From NCBI GenBank assembly GCA_024137785.1, contig JAHRHZ010000047.1, positions 3,752,185-3,816,184 on the forward strand: 64,000 bases of DNA, written 5' to 3'. Source of the DNA: Ginglymostoma cirratum (taxonomy: Eukaryota). The notes below the pieces were generated by a model. That model saw nothing but the letters and a program-made list of their open reading frames with translations. It was not told where the DNA came from and searched no databases. Numbering within the stretch: position 1 is the stretch's first letter; every line of letters begins with the position of its first letter. This document shows, one piece after another, positions 12,883-24,850 of this stretch. The position numbers and the translations under genes were made by a program.

Positions 12883-14473
12883 AATAAGTGCAACAGATGA
12901 AGATATGTTGCTAAATTTTACCCAGCCTCCAGTTGAACATGTCTTTCCAGTTCCTAATATTTCTCATAACCTGGCTTTGCGAGTGAGTGTCCTATCCTTG
13001 CCCAGGCAGCCTACTTACCCATTGTTGACATGCAGTATTCATAGTACTCTCAGTTTCTATGGCAAAAGTATTCCCAGTCAAGAAAAGGATGCTTCTCAAC
13101 CTACTAATGCAAAAGAGCAGGACTACTGTATGCCAGGGGCACAACAGAAGTATAATAAGCAAACATTGACGGCTGTCAGAAACCATGGATTGCTATCAAC
13201 AAGTGCAGTAAACGCAAGGAAATGTCCTTCTCCTGAGGTCTTGGAACCAGGCAAATCATCGACAAGTGATTCTGATAAAGTACCTGAAATCAGAAATTCA
13301 CAGACTAAGGCTCAGAGTTGCAATTGGGCGAATGCTACTGAAATAACTAAACTACAGTCATATGAGAGCCAAACAATAAAGACATTAAAGTCATTTTCAG
13401 CTACAGATTCCAATGGAACCAGCAGTACATCTTCTCCTATTCTTTCAGTTGAGATTAACCCTTTGATAGGAAACTTGCTTCAAGAAAGGGAAGAAGTGAT
13501 CGCACGAATTGCCCAACAACTGAATTATTGTGAACAAAATCCACATATTGCTGGAAGTCATTTTGGTGCAGTGCAAGAGCCAAGCTCAACTAGTGCAAAA
13601 CTACTTCAGAGTTCATATGAAGAAAGCCTGAAAAGCAGAGGGAAAGAGACTCCTTGCAGTTCAGCTACCTGCACTGAAAGCAGTTTCTTGGAAAACAGAC
13701 ATGTGGAGAAGAGCAGGACCTCTTCTGAAGTCACATTATGTAGAAAGGTAAAAGTTGATATTGATAAAACAGTTTGTCCAAGGTCACAGACACGACGAAA
13801 ACTATTTCCAGTGGACTCTGTTACAGATAAGAATGGCACATCTGAAACGAAATATCCTGCTGAAAGAACTGTAAGTAAACATAATAAATCAGACCTGTCA
13901 CAAGCCCTTGACACAGGTAAAGTGAACTGCAAGTGCCCAGTCTCTGACAACACTGTAATCGACAAAACTAGAGTAGAGTCATTATGTCCCGTTTCCTTCT
14001 ATGAGGACATTGTGAACTGTACAGAAAATTCTAAATTACATCTACATACTCCTGATACACACCATGATGTTTCAGAACTTGACAATGCAAGTTCATTTAA
14101 TAGAGAAAAATCAGACTGTTCCTATCCTGTTAACTTGGACTCGAGCATTTGTACTCAGAATGTCATAAACATTGCAAAAAATAAACCAGCTAGCACAGAA
14201 AGCTCATATCCCTGGTGTTCATTGTCTACAAACCGCAGAGAGTTTGGGTATTCCTGCTCCAAAATCGAATGCAATAAATTGAATACTTCCAGCGATAGTT
14301 ATTTTGACACAACACAACCTGCAGCCAAAGAAGCTATTAGTTCAATAAAGAAAGGAGACCAGGATAAAACTGATGCGCAGATTCAGAGTTGTGATTCATT
14401 ACAATGCACCCATAATTCGGCTATGCCAAGAAGACTTAATGGAGACTGTAAAGAAAAGCCTGGAGAATCTCAG
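12883..14473 (+). CDS. FAM214A: FAM214A/ATOSA large central exon (ISATDEDM...KEKPGESQ)
   Basis: Inside ORF 12806-14515; acceptor ttcAG at 12881-82, donor GTGCAT at 14474; motifs EHVFPVPNISHNLALRVSVLSLPRQ and NPLIGNLLQEREEVIARIAQ. Confidence 0.95.
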
Positions 14474-16611
14474 GTGCATAGTGTAAGAACATTTTACTTT
14501 CGTCTCCGTTGGTAGTTAATGATCCTTAAGCAATTTAATTTGACTTAGCATGGAATGCAGCAATTTATTAACATTACTGAAAAATATTCGTCATGCTCCT
14601 GCTGCCTTGTATTAACTTCAATTATATGCAGACTTAAGTTTAATGAGTTTTGTCGGTCTTCCAAATACTGATTGCACATTCTTTTTCAGTAACAAGAGTT
14701 AATTGGAGCCTTTTGTTATTTGCTTGGGAGGCAACTCGAGCAAACTTTTTCACTTCCATAGGCATTCGGGTGATTAGGTATGTGATAAGGTCGTGGTTAT
14801 TTGTGAGGATTACTTCTTCCACACGTCCAGATGCCACGTCAGAGCCTTTGACCTCAAGCACAGCAACATCCCATACAGCTGCATCCTTTATATGTGGGGG
14901 AAAAAAGGAAAGAATACTGTTCTGGTTCCCTTCACTGCCTTGCCCCTGCAGGCCTTTGCTGTTTTGCTCACTGCCCCTCCCCTTACATAACCTTGCACCT
15001 CACCTGACTTTGCATGTGGTCCCTTCCTGCTTGCCTCACTCACCTTCATTTCTCCCACAACCATTGCCACTTTTTTTAACCTTCATTCCTTCCCACTACC
15101 CTGCAACATGTCAGACTTTGTTTCACAACTGGTTTGCTTCCCTCACACTACACACTGCCTTCTCCCTCTTGTTTCTTCTGTGACTTTGATCACATTCTTC
15201 ATTGCTGGCTTGCTTCCTTGCACCACTTTTCCTCCTCCCACATTCGCTCATGCAGCACCCCACCTCTGTTTCTTTTGCTGCTGACTCGTTTCTGGAATGT
15301 ACAGCAGGAAGTGTGAGGGAGAAGCAAATTATTACACTCATAGAAGTTATGGATCAAAATAATGCAAACATTTGCAAGTTAGGATAAGTGAATTGATTTG
15401 CATGTTAAGTGATATAGTTTCTTATATATGTACCTGTTTAATCTAATTTCAGAAAAAATGTGCTACTTTGTGATATTTTAATTCAATGTATTCTATTAAT
15501 TCTTGGTTATTCTTGTTACTGTACTAAGCTGCTTGCATTTGATTTTTTTCTTCCAGCATTACTGTTTGGCACATTTCATTTTATGAATATTGTAATTGTG
15601 CAATGATGGCAGCATAGGTAATTAATTCCTCTTGCATAACCTTCATTCAGAACTCAACTGTTACAAATTAGGCTGAAAATAACCGGGAACATCTGGATAG
15701 TTCAGAAAACTGTCTCATGGGAGTGCTATGAAAGACAACTACCTTACTGTCGCAGTATTTCTTAGCAGTTTCATCAGCCCATTGGGAGTTTCCTATCCAT
15801 CACTGTTCCTGTGTAGTTAAATGTCTTGCCTTGCACATGAACATGTATTTCTTTGTGAAGAAAATCGACCATGAAGATGAAGGATATTAATGGTACCGTG
15901 TGAAACAAATTTTTCAGTTTTTAAAACTCAATGCCAGCATCAGGCATGCCTGGTTACCAACTAGATACAGTTATTTCAGTATTAAGTTTGAAGTTTATTT
16001 GAGGGCAAATGTGCGATCAAGTGTTCAGGAAAAAATTGACAGCAAGCCTGACTAGCTCACTTTTTGTCTCTATCTCCCACTAGAGCCAGTAATCAAGGAC
16101 TGGGAGACATTGGAGGCTGGGGGTATTAGTGATGAAAAGGAGGGTTTGGTCAGTGCAAGGTTGTGACTCAGACTGCAGGATTGATTAAAGCTGACTGAAG
16201 CAGTCAAGGGGAAAAATACTTGATTTCTGGATCCGAGAATCCACCTATTATTAGCTGCTGAGCTTCCCAAGGCCCAGAGAATGGGGGTGAAATTTAAAAT
16301 GGGCATTAAATGTGCAGTACACAGGCTTATTGAAATATTATCAAGGTGTTAAGTAAAACTGCCATCCAATTATTCAGGACTGGATGGCAAAGACCAATAC
16401 CATACATTAGCCAAGTGTAACATCCAACCGTGAAAATCTTTCCTTACTTAAAGGAAAGAGTCTTTAGAAGCTGTTAGTCATTTACCACCATTCAGAGACC
16501 TCAAAATTCCAAATATCCATTACTTTCTGTTTAGTTTGTGGACAACCTAATAAACCATATTTTATTCAAAATAATTTTTTAAAGTTCATAATGGGCACAT
16601 TTTTCCTGCAG

Positions 16612-16740
16612 AAGACCTTTTCAAAATCTCCTTTGAAACCTTCTGGCAACTTTTGGAAGAAGCAAAATCGACGCTCGTTAGATGGGGTTTCAACTAAAGT
16701 TTTTCACCCGTGTACTGGATTACCCTTGCTTTCAAGTCCA
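16612..16740 (+). CDS. FAM214A: FAM214A exon (KTFSKSP...SLDGVSTKVFHPCTGLPLLSSP)
   Basis: cctgcAG and GTAAGT; conserved SLDG.ST..FHP.TGLPLLSSP motif; 129 nt, phase 0/0. Confidence 0.95.
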
Positions 16741-18355
16741 GTAAGTTAATATTGGTTTGACTTTGTTTTAACTGGCTAAATATTCTGTCTTTAAATGCAC
16801 AAATTATAATAAGTATAGTTTACAATTGTGGTTTTTTCCTCGAAGAGTGTGTCATTTAAAGTACTGTAATTGATGATGCTGTCTCCTCTATAAACCCACT
16901 GCTATAGGAAGTCCGTGCTGCTGGTATCATTGCAGAGTGACCACTGTTGTTTGTTCCTGGCTGTTCCATACTCCACCCTTCTCATTGCATCCCCGCTACC
17001 TCACTTGCCACGCTCCTTACCACGCCTCTCAGGAATCTGCTTGCAATTTGCTCAAGGAGTGTGGCAGCCCGTGACGTAGCAGGTGAGGCAGCAAGTTCTC
17101 TTTCTGAGAGCTCCTCTGGGTACACAGTTTTGCAGTTTGTTCAAATGACACTAGCCTGCTACAATCAATAAACTTAAAAGTATGAAACTATTCCACAGAT
17201 CGTGCAGCATTGCTGGCAGTGATGTCGGATGCAAATTGTTTGCAAGTCGTCGATGACATTGTTAATTAGATTAGACTCTGTCCCAGGTTTCCCATAAAGA
17301 AGGTGATTAAAACTGGCCTGTTCCAAGTTTATAAAAGTTGATTTGCATTTTTCAAAATTGCATTTCTTTGGGGGAAGAACAGCTCAGACTGTTTAGATCT
17401 TATGCCATATCATGTAAAGCCTCATAATATTACAATTACAGGACACAGCTAGTTGAAGCTTATATATTTTGGTACTTCATTTGAGCCATACCTGCATATT
17501 TTGAATGACCGGATTTTGTTGCTGTCAATGAATTTGCATGATACTTGGTCAGAGGTAGACCCTGGTAAAATTACATGATTGTATTCTTCAGACAATTCTG
17601 CTAACATGTTTGATCGGCAATTTACTGCAATTGTATGCTGCAAAAAGTTCACTTATTATTTAATTAACACTTCTCCAGTGGAAATCTTTTTCCAGGTTTA
17701 TTGCTAATCTTGTGTGACTGTTCACCACTTGTTCCCCTAAGATGTTGGATGCTGACTGCTCAGCTAACCAGTAGTTACAGAAACTAAACTTCTGTCAGTC
17801 ATATGGGCATTGTAATTTATATCAGATCAAACATTGGAAATTACTCACATTTGACATCACTTTATTTTTGTCTAAGAAAAAATTGCGTCATGTTGCTATT
17901 TCCTTTCCTTACTTATCAAACTTAAGTTTCTTTGTGTTCTGCGAACTAGCACTCATCTGTTATAAGCACAGGTCTTCAAAACTTTTTGGCAGGCCTTTCT
18001 TGCAGTGTTTGAAGTTGTCCCCATTTCCAGGCTCCAAGAATATTTGAAAACAAGTCTCTTTACAGCAACAGTGCTTGCAGTACTGAATCATTGACACCTC
18101 ATATTAGTACTCAGTGAATGCATTTGTGACATCTGGTGGTAGAAATGGATTTTTATAAAACTTCTATCCAATAGTTAACAACTTCAAACTGGCACAAATG
18201 ATTTGACAGTCTTTAATCTACATCAAAAAATAGTTCCAAGAAGTCAAATGTCCTGAGAATTCTGTAATCATCAGAGGTGTGGAGTTGGTGGGTGTGGCAC
18301 CAATGATGGAGTGCGTAAATATGAGGTTGTGGATAACAAAAAGAACATGATTATG

Positions 18356-18600
18356 AACAAAAACAGAAGTTGTTGGAAAAGCTCAGCAGGTCTGGCAGCA
18401 TCTGTGAAGAAAAAAATCAGAGTTAACGTTTTGGGTCCTGTGACCCTTCCTCAAAACCCACTGAGGAAGGGTCACTGGACCCAAGATGTTAATTCTGATT
18501 TTTTTTCTCCACAGATGCTGCCAGACCTGCTGAGCTTCTCCTGCAACTTTTGTTTTTGTTTCTGATTTATAGCATCCGCAGTTCTTTTGGTTTTTATTTA
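18356..18600. mobile_element. Penelope-derived fold-back element, family B
   Basis: Inverted arms (CTCAGCAGGTCTGGCAGCATCTGTG...); TSD AACATGAT(T/C)ATG at 18344 and 18603. Confidence 0.8.
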
Positions 18601-18869
18601 ACAACATGATCATGCTAGGAGAGGTTTACTCTTTCATCACCCAGAAGCAAAGTAGCCTAAGGAAAGGTAATTAATTTCTGAAATATATTTGGGAGAAGTT
18701 TAGAGAACACGGTGTTGAGAACTGATAACAAAACAAATCACACTGAATTAACTGACAAGAATTCGTTAGCAACTTGATTGTGAGGGTCTGTTTTATTAAT
18801 GTTGATCGCACTATGTTATTAGGTTTTAGAGAATGGAGGGATAAACTGTCAATCAAAGAAAGCAGTGAA

Positions 18870-20365
18870 AAATGTTAAAAAGGACCTGTAAGTCGTGGAA
18901 GCCACAAAGATTAATGCTAGGGCCTCAATTATGTAAGATATATTAATAGCTTGGATGAGGGAAAGTGAATGTACTATAACCAGGATTGTTGTTGTTGTAC
19001 TATAACCAAGTTTGTGGATGACCCAAAAATAGGAGGAAACGGTTAGCACAACAAAGCATCTAAACAGGGATATAGGCAGATTATGTGAGTGGGCAAAAAC
19101 TCGGCTGATGGAATATAAAGTGGAAAGATGTGAGGCTATGCATTTTTGCAAGAAGAATAAAGGAGCTGAACGTTATTTAAGTAGAGAAAAGCTGCAGAGC
19201 AGAGGGATTTGGGAAACCTTGCACATGAATCACGAAAAGCTAACATCCAAGTTTGTTGGGTAATCGAGAAGGCAAATGGAATATTTATTTCATATTTATT
19301 TATAATATATTTATTTATTTATTTTATTTCAAAGGGAATTGAGTATAAATGTAAGGAAGTTTTGCTAAAGTCAGACCATAACTGGAATACTGTCAAGATT
19401 TTGGGCCCCTGTTCTGAAGAAAGATATACTGGCTTTGGAGGCAGTCCAGAGAAGGTTCCTCAGCCTGGAGTTTTGTAAACTGCATTCATTGCTGGGGTTT
19501 AGAAGAAAGGAGGGATATTGTATAAATAAAATTTCAACAGGACTAGATTGGGAACATCCTTCCTGCATTTACCCTCGGACTGAGGAATCCAGAACTGGGG
19601 GTCACATTTTAAGAATGCAGGATAGGCCATTTAGGACTAAGGTGAGAAATCTTGTTTTTACTCAGTGTGGTAAGCCTGTGGAATTCTCTGCCACAGAAGG
19701 CAGTTGAGCTCAAAGCATTGAATGTTTTCAAGAAGGAGTTAGCCATAGTTCTTCGGGCTAGATGGATCCATAGATATGGGACAGAAGCGGGAACAAAGTA
19801 CTGAGTAGGATAATTAGCCATGATGTTGAATGGTAGAACAGGCTAGAAGAGCTGAATTGTCTATTCCTGTTCCTATTTGCTGTATATCTATTCTGTTCAG
19901 GGTATGGAGGGATCCTTTTATGAGGAGATCTTATGAGAATGTTGATCCTGTACTCGTTGAAGAATAGAAGAATGAGAGGTGACCTTATTGAAACATACAA
20001 GATTCTTAGGGACTTGCCAGAGTGGATATAGGAAGGTTGTTTTCCCTTGTGGGGCAGTGTAGGACCAGTGGGCATAATCTCAGAATAGAAGGTTAAGAAT
20101 TTATGACAGATGAGGAGGAGTTTCATTTCTCAGAGGACAGTGAATCTTTGGAATTCTTAACCACAGAGGGCTGTCAAGGCTGGGTCGTTAATTATATTCA
20201 AGGACGAGACCGACAGGATTTTAATCAGTAAGGGAATCAAGGGATGCAAGGAGTATGCAGGAAAGTGAAACTGCGGATTATCAGATCAGATATGATCTCA
20301 TTGAGTGACTGAGCAGACTCAATGTGCTGATTGGCTACTTTCTGCTCCTGTATCTGTCTTATGAA
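18870..20365 (+). mobile_element. Two tandem truncated CR1 LINE 3' fragments
   Basis: KCEAMHF, KANGI, EAVQRRF and RMRGDLIETYKIL-like remnants; tails near 19870 and 20350. Confidence 0.85.
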
Positions 20366-20559
20366 ATGTGAAAGAAACTTGCAAGGGTCACCAAAAGTAA
20401 TAGCAAAGCTTTAGAAATATATTAGCAGAGTACTAAAGATAAATAGCAGTGAGTAATGTATTATTGAGTTGTGTAGTGAGAACATGAATATCACTTAAGT
20501 GAGTGGACAAAACAGGCAATTTAAGTCAAGTATGGTTCAGTGTAATGTCACCTGATTTA

Positions 20560-21240
20560 GAACTGAGGAAAGCAGATGGGAATATGTTGATTGTGGTGTG
20601 GAAGAGCAAAAGAATTTATCTATCCATGTGCACAGACTACTAGCACACAGGAATTAAAAAGTAATTAAATGTTTGTCTTTGTCTTAGCAAGCTGGAATCC
20701 AAAGTGAGGAAATGGTGCCTCAGTCATACAGAGCTTTTACCAGAATTTAGAGTGCTGTGTTCATCTTGTGCATGGAACCATAGGAAGTATTCACTAAAAT
20801 TATGATTTGGGTAAAGGACAAAATGTTGAGAAAAAATTGCATAAACTTTGTATTCTCCTGTAATTACCAGGTTAGCGGATAGTCTGATCAAACTCTGAAA
20901 ATGATAATGGGTTTTGATGAGAGTGCAATCCCCATTGTTGGAGGAAGCCCAGAACAAGGGGCAAAATCTTCAAATTGGAGCTGGACCATTTTTGCATGAA
21001 ATCAGGAAAGTGTTCCCTGTTGGAAATAGTGAGAATTTACATCTTCTCCAAAGAGGATGCAACTATTTAAATGGTTGAAATATTCAAGACCTTCATAGAT
21101 TTATGTTGACTTAGGGTATGCATAGATGAGGATGAAAAGTGGGTGAACAGAGTTGAGGTAAAGATTGTCCATGATTTAATTGGAGGTATAAACAGATTTC
21201 GAGAACAGAATGTTCTCCTTCTGTTCCTTTGTTCTTAGAA
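20560..21240 (+). mobile_element. Old CR1 3' fragment
   Basis: Highly decayed CR1 RT C-terminal and tail similarity. Confidence 0.55.
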
Positions 21241-21698
21241 ATGTAGTACCCAAAACATCCAAATTCTACTCTCCAATAAATTTCAAAAGCAACCTGGTCA
21301 TGCTGATTCTGTATGCTTGTATAGCGGGTAGGTTTCATGTTTGGTACTGTGTCAGACATTAATTGTATAGTAATGCATCCCAGCTGATGAGCATTAACTG
21401 GGGTTTCACTTGTGTTCCTATATGTAGGAAGATAACTAAACTTGTTCTTAGATGTCGCATGTTTGTAATGTGTATCTTTGTGAATATAACTTTATAAAGT
21501 GTTTACACACTTCAGGTCCAATTCTATCTTTCACCACCTAACTTTCTGGAGTAGATATCAAAATATTATCTTTCTGGATATTTCCTGTAAATTACTGTTG
21601 CAGGCTATTTTACAATCATTTGATGTGGTTTAGTGTCAAAGAGTCTGTAAAGTCAGCGTAACTTATTTTTAATAGAATTTATCTTGTTGTACACCAAG

Positions 21699-21778
21699 GT
21701 TCCACCAAGAAAAAAACATTCGGGATACTTTGACCTGGACACTTCATTGCAAAGACTAAAAGGGGTACCTTGCAAAAG
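21699..21778 (+). CDS. FAM214A: FAM214A exon (VPPRKKHSGYFDLDTSLQRLKGVPCK)
   Basis: caAG and GTATTT; matches VPQRKTQSGCFDLDSSL; phase consistent. Confidence 0.93.
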
Positions 21779-22910
21779 GTATTTCTGTGTCTTTTTCTAC
21801 AGTTTGGAAAAAAAAAACCAAGTGGCATTCTTCAGGATTCAAGTGAAAATGTTTTCGTACAGGATGCATACTAAATTATTAGGCAATTCTTGAGAATTAT
21901 GAATTATATTTAAAGTTAAATGCTGATTTATATAAATTGGCTGTTTTTTTTTAACAATTCCGCAGTTCTTCCTGAGATACTCTCCGTCATTAATTTCTTT
22001 CCTTAAATTGACTATAATGCAACTTGCAATTTCACGATCAACAAACGTTGACATGAAGCTTTAATCGGAATGATATATTTAGGATGACGTATCTGGAGAG
22101 TGTGCTGTAGTTCTAATCATCTTAGGATTTGTTTCTGTAATTCTTTAACCCATTTGAATTGGAGCTCCTTGATGCCACTTTTCTCATTATGATACATTTA
22201 AACTATCTGTGCCCACTTCCATGTCCAACCTTTCCCTGCTCCATAGCACACGCTTTGTTGTGAGATATTCCATGTAATGTATTTTCAAATACAGTGCTAT
22301 AAGGGAAAAAAAAACTTGGTGTTTTGGAATTTTAATAGTACCTTAGTAAAGGTGCCACCAATAGAGTTGAATACCATCTGCTAGCTAATTGCTGGTGCGT
22401 TTTTAGTCAATTTTCATTTTGTAAATTTTATGCTTAATGTGGCATTTTCTTTTTTGACTCAGTATTTTTGTGCATGAAAATACTTGTCAAAACTTCTGCT
22501 GAAATTAATGTTGGATATCAATAAACATCTCCAGTCAAAAGTTCGAAGTACAGAAATGAAAAGGACTGAAAGCTGGAGGAGGGGGAATCTGTGTAAAATT
22601 CTGAGTACAAAGGCACATTATTTCTGTTGCCATAATTACTTAGGAAAGCAACTTAGGCAGTCAGTAAAGTGGGATGGTTTTGTTGAAACATGTTTAGAAA
22701 TATATTGGGTTATTTATTTGGACCAATTTAAAGGTTAATATTTAAATGTTCAATTTTAATTGAATTTTAACAATTTATTCTGAGTTTACAGAGTATTTGG
22801 ATAATTTAAGGCACAGAGGGGACAATGTTTGGTGTCTTCTAGTATCAAATTCATGTATCAAAGGATAAAGAGTATTTGCTTTTATGTTATATTTTCTTTT
22901 TCTTTTATAG

Positions 22911-23016
22911 CCGGAGACCGTATTTAAGGCCAGAGAATGATGCTGACCAAGGGAAGCAGCTCCTGAGTGTCAGTGCTCCACCAGCAACTAGTCTTAGCCT
23001 GCTTGGAAACTTTGAG
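22911..23016 (+). CDS. FAM214A: FAM214A exon (RRPYL...SAPPATSLSLLGNFE)
   Basis: Polypyrimidine tract plus AG, donor GTACAA; SLLGNFE begins the conserved C-terminal DUF4210 region. Confidence 0.95.
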
Positions 23017-24419
23017 GTACAAATCATAACTCCACGTGAGACATGCAGAATGAAATAGGCTAAACAATTGATCTAGTGTTCAGCTTATTTTGAGATATTT
23101 TTGAGTCAAGGTGCTGCTATTTATTTTTGACATTCCAGTGAATGACTTTTACAAGATATGTTTAAATCTATTCATACGTCCAGTGTTAATTACTATTTCT
23201 CAGATCTGCTAGCAAGAGTTTGGCATACGATCAAGTGAATTTTCCATGTTAAACATTTGAGTAGGGCCACAAATACTTCAAGTTTCCTACCTGTTTGTGT
23301 AAAGGTAATAAGCAGTGTCAACACAGTTACTGGTAGGTTGTTGTTCAAAACGGTTTCTGCTTTTAATGGATAGTATCATAGCTTGGAAGAGCAGCACGAT
23401 CCCCTTGTCATGTCAGTGTTAAGCTAGGTATCCCCTATGATTTCAACAATAATATAGCTGTACATTAATTTATGCCAGCAAATCTGTCTGGAAGTCCTAC
23501 ATATTTTCAAATATTTTCAAATATCTTTTAAGTAATTAATCTATATTACCAATTTTGCTGTCTTGAATCTGACTAGCTAGGCCTGTTTCAGCCAGTTAGG
23601 ACAACTCTATATGCTCTTGATATACATGAGACAGGATTTTCTGATTACATGTTAAGAAGATTGTTAGGAGCTCACCATTTTAAAGTGACCAGACATAAAG
23701 GAATTACAGCACAAGAAGCTACAGCTAATTGTTTTTTCCCACTTCTCAATTTGGAAATGATTTGCCATATGGGTCTAAGTGGAGATGTTTGTTCTTCTCA
23801 CAGTGAAAAAGTGAATCTTCAGAAAATTAAGGAGGTACTTCTAACCACACCAAATATGAAATTTGAAGTACTTTTGACTTGAATAATTCATTCTGTTGTG
23901 TAACTTACCACAGCTACATAAGTGTAACAGGCAATGTAGATTGATACAATGGAGAATATTAACAGATTGCGTACGGTTATAAATTGTGTGTCTAAAACTC
24001 TTGGTTTCCAAGCAGTATTTTGTAAATTTCAATCTCAAGTCCATTTATTTTTGGAGAAAAGAATTGAGGACATTTCTTTCTTATTTTTGGAAAGTACTTT
24101 TTAAAAAATTATTAGTTATGATATTTTTCTGGAATTAGTAATTGCTCGCACCGATTTTATGTGCTGTTAGAGAGGCAAGCAGTCTGTACATTATACATTG
24201 TTTGTAGTATAATTGAGCCCCTTTTCATTTCTGTTGGTGTTACTGTGACATCAACAATTCTTACTAACACAGTGTAAACTAGGAAGTATTTATTGTTAGT
24301 AAGGAGTTGTGACTTGAGAAATGTTTCAAGGTTAAGAAAAGATTTCAAGGAAATCCTATCATTAGCCATATATAGTCTAGTAGGACGCTATTGAACCCAA
24401 TATCTTTATGTTTAGGTCT

Positions 24420-24850
24420 CCAAAAGAACTTTTTTTCATTCTCCTGCCCTTCCTTGATACCCTCGTAAACATTATTGCTCCTTCAATTTTAAAACTTATT
24501 GATTTTGCTGCTGCTACTTTTATAGGAAGTCATCCATGTCTAAACATATTCTCCTAACCTCACTATTTATAATTTTGGTGAAGGTCTTGTATCCTACCAT
24601 TTGGTTAACAACTTCTTGAACAGTGCAAATGGCTATACCCTGTTGGCTTTAAACAGAACTTCTCATAATTTTGAACAGCTCTATTGACCTTATCTTGACC
24701 TTTTTTGATCCAGTGACTAGAACCCAATTGTTTTTCTTGTCTGTCCTTGTAACTGAAGCCTGCCATGAACCTCTTTTGCATTCTGTCTACAACCTGGATA
24801 TCCTGCCTAAAATATGGCATCCAAAATTGGCCACACTTCTAACTTCAGCC
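24420..24850 (-). mobile_element. Old CR1 3' fragment
   Basis: PYFRQDIQVVDRMQKRF..GFSYKDR peptide. Confidence 0.65.

Noticed and set aside
12806-14515. 569-aa ORF as a standalone single-exon gene
   Set aside because: Its ends are intron read-through; splice sites at 12883 and 14473 make it an internal FAM214A exon
17020-17120. LAASP...LLE as a YqaJ/PD-(D/E)XK nuclease motif
   Set aside because: Catalytic D and E.K are absent; another frame fits the thioredoxin-like pattern better
18126-18139. CTCF-like CCACCAGATGTCAC on the - strand
   Set aside because: Single imperfect motif with no other support
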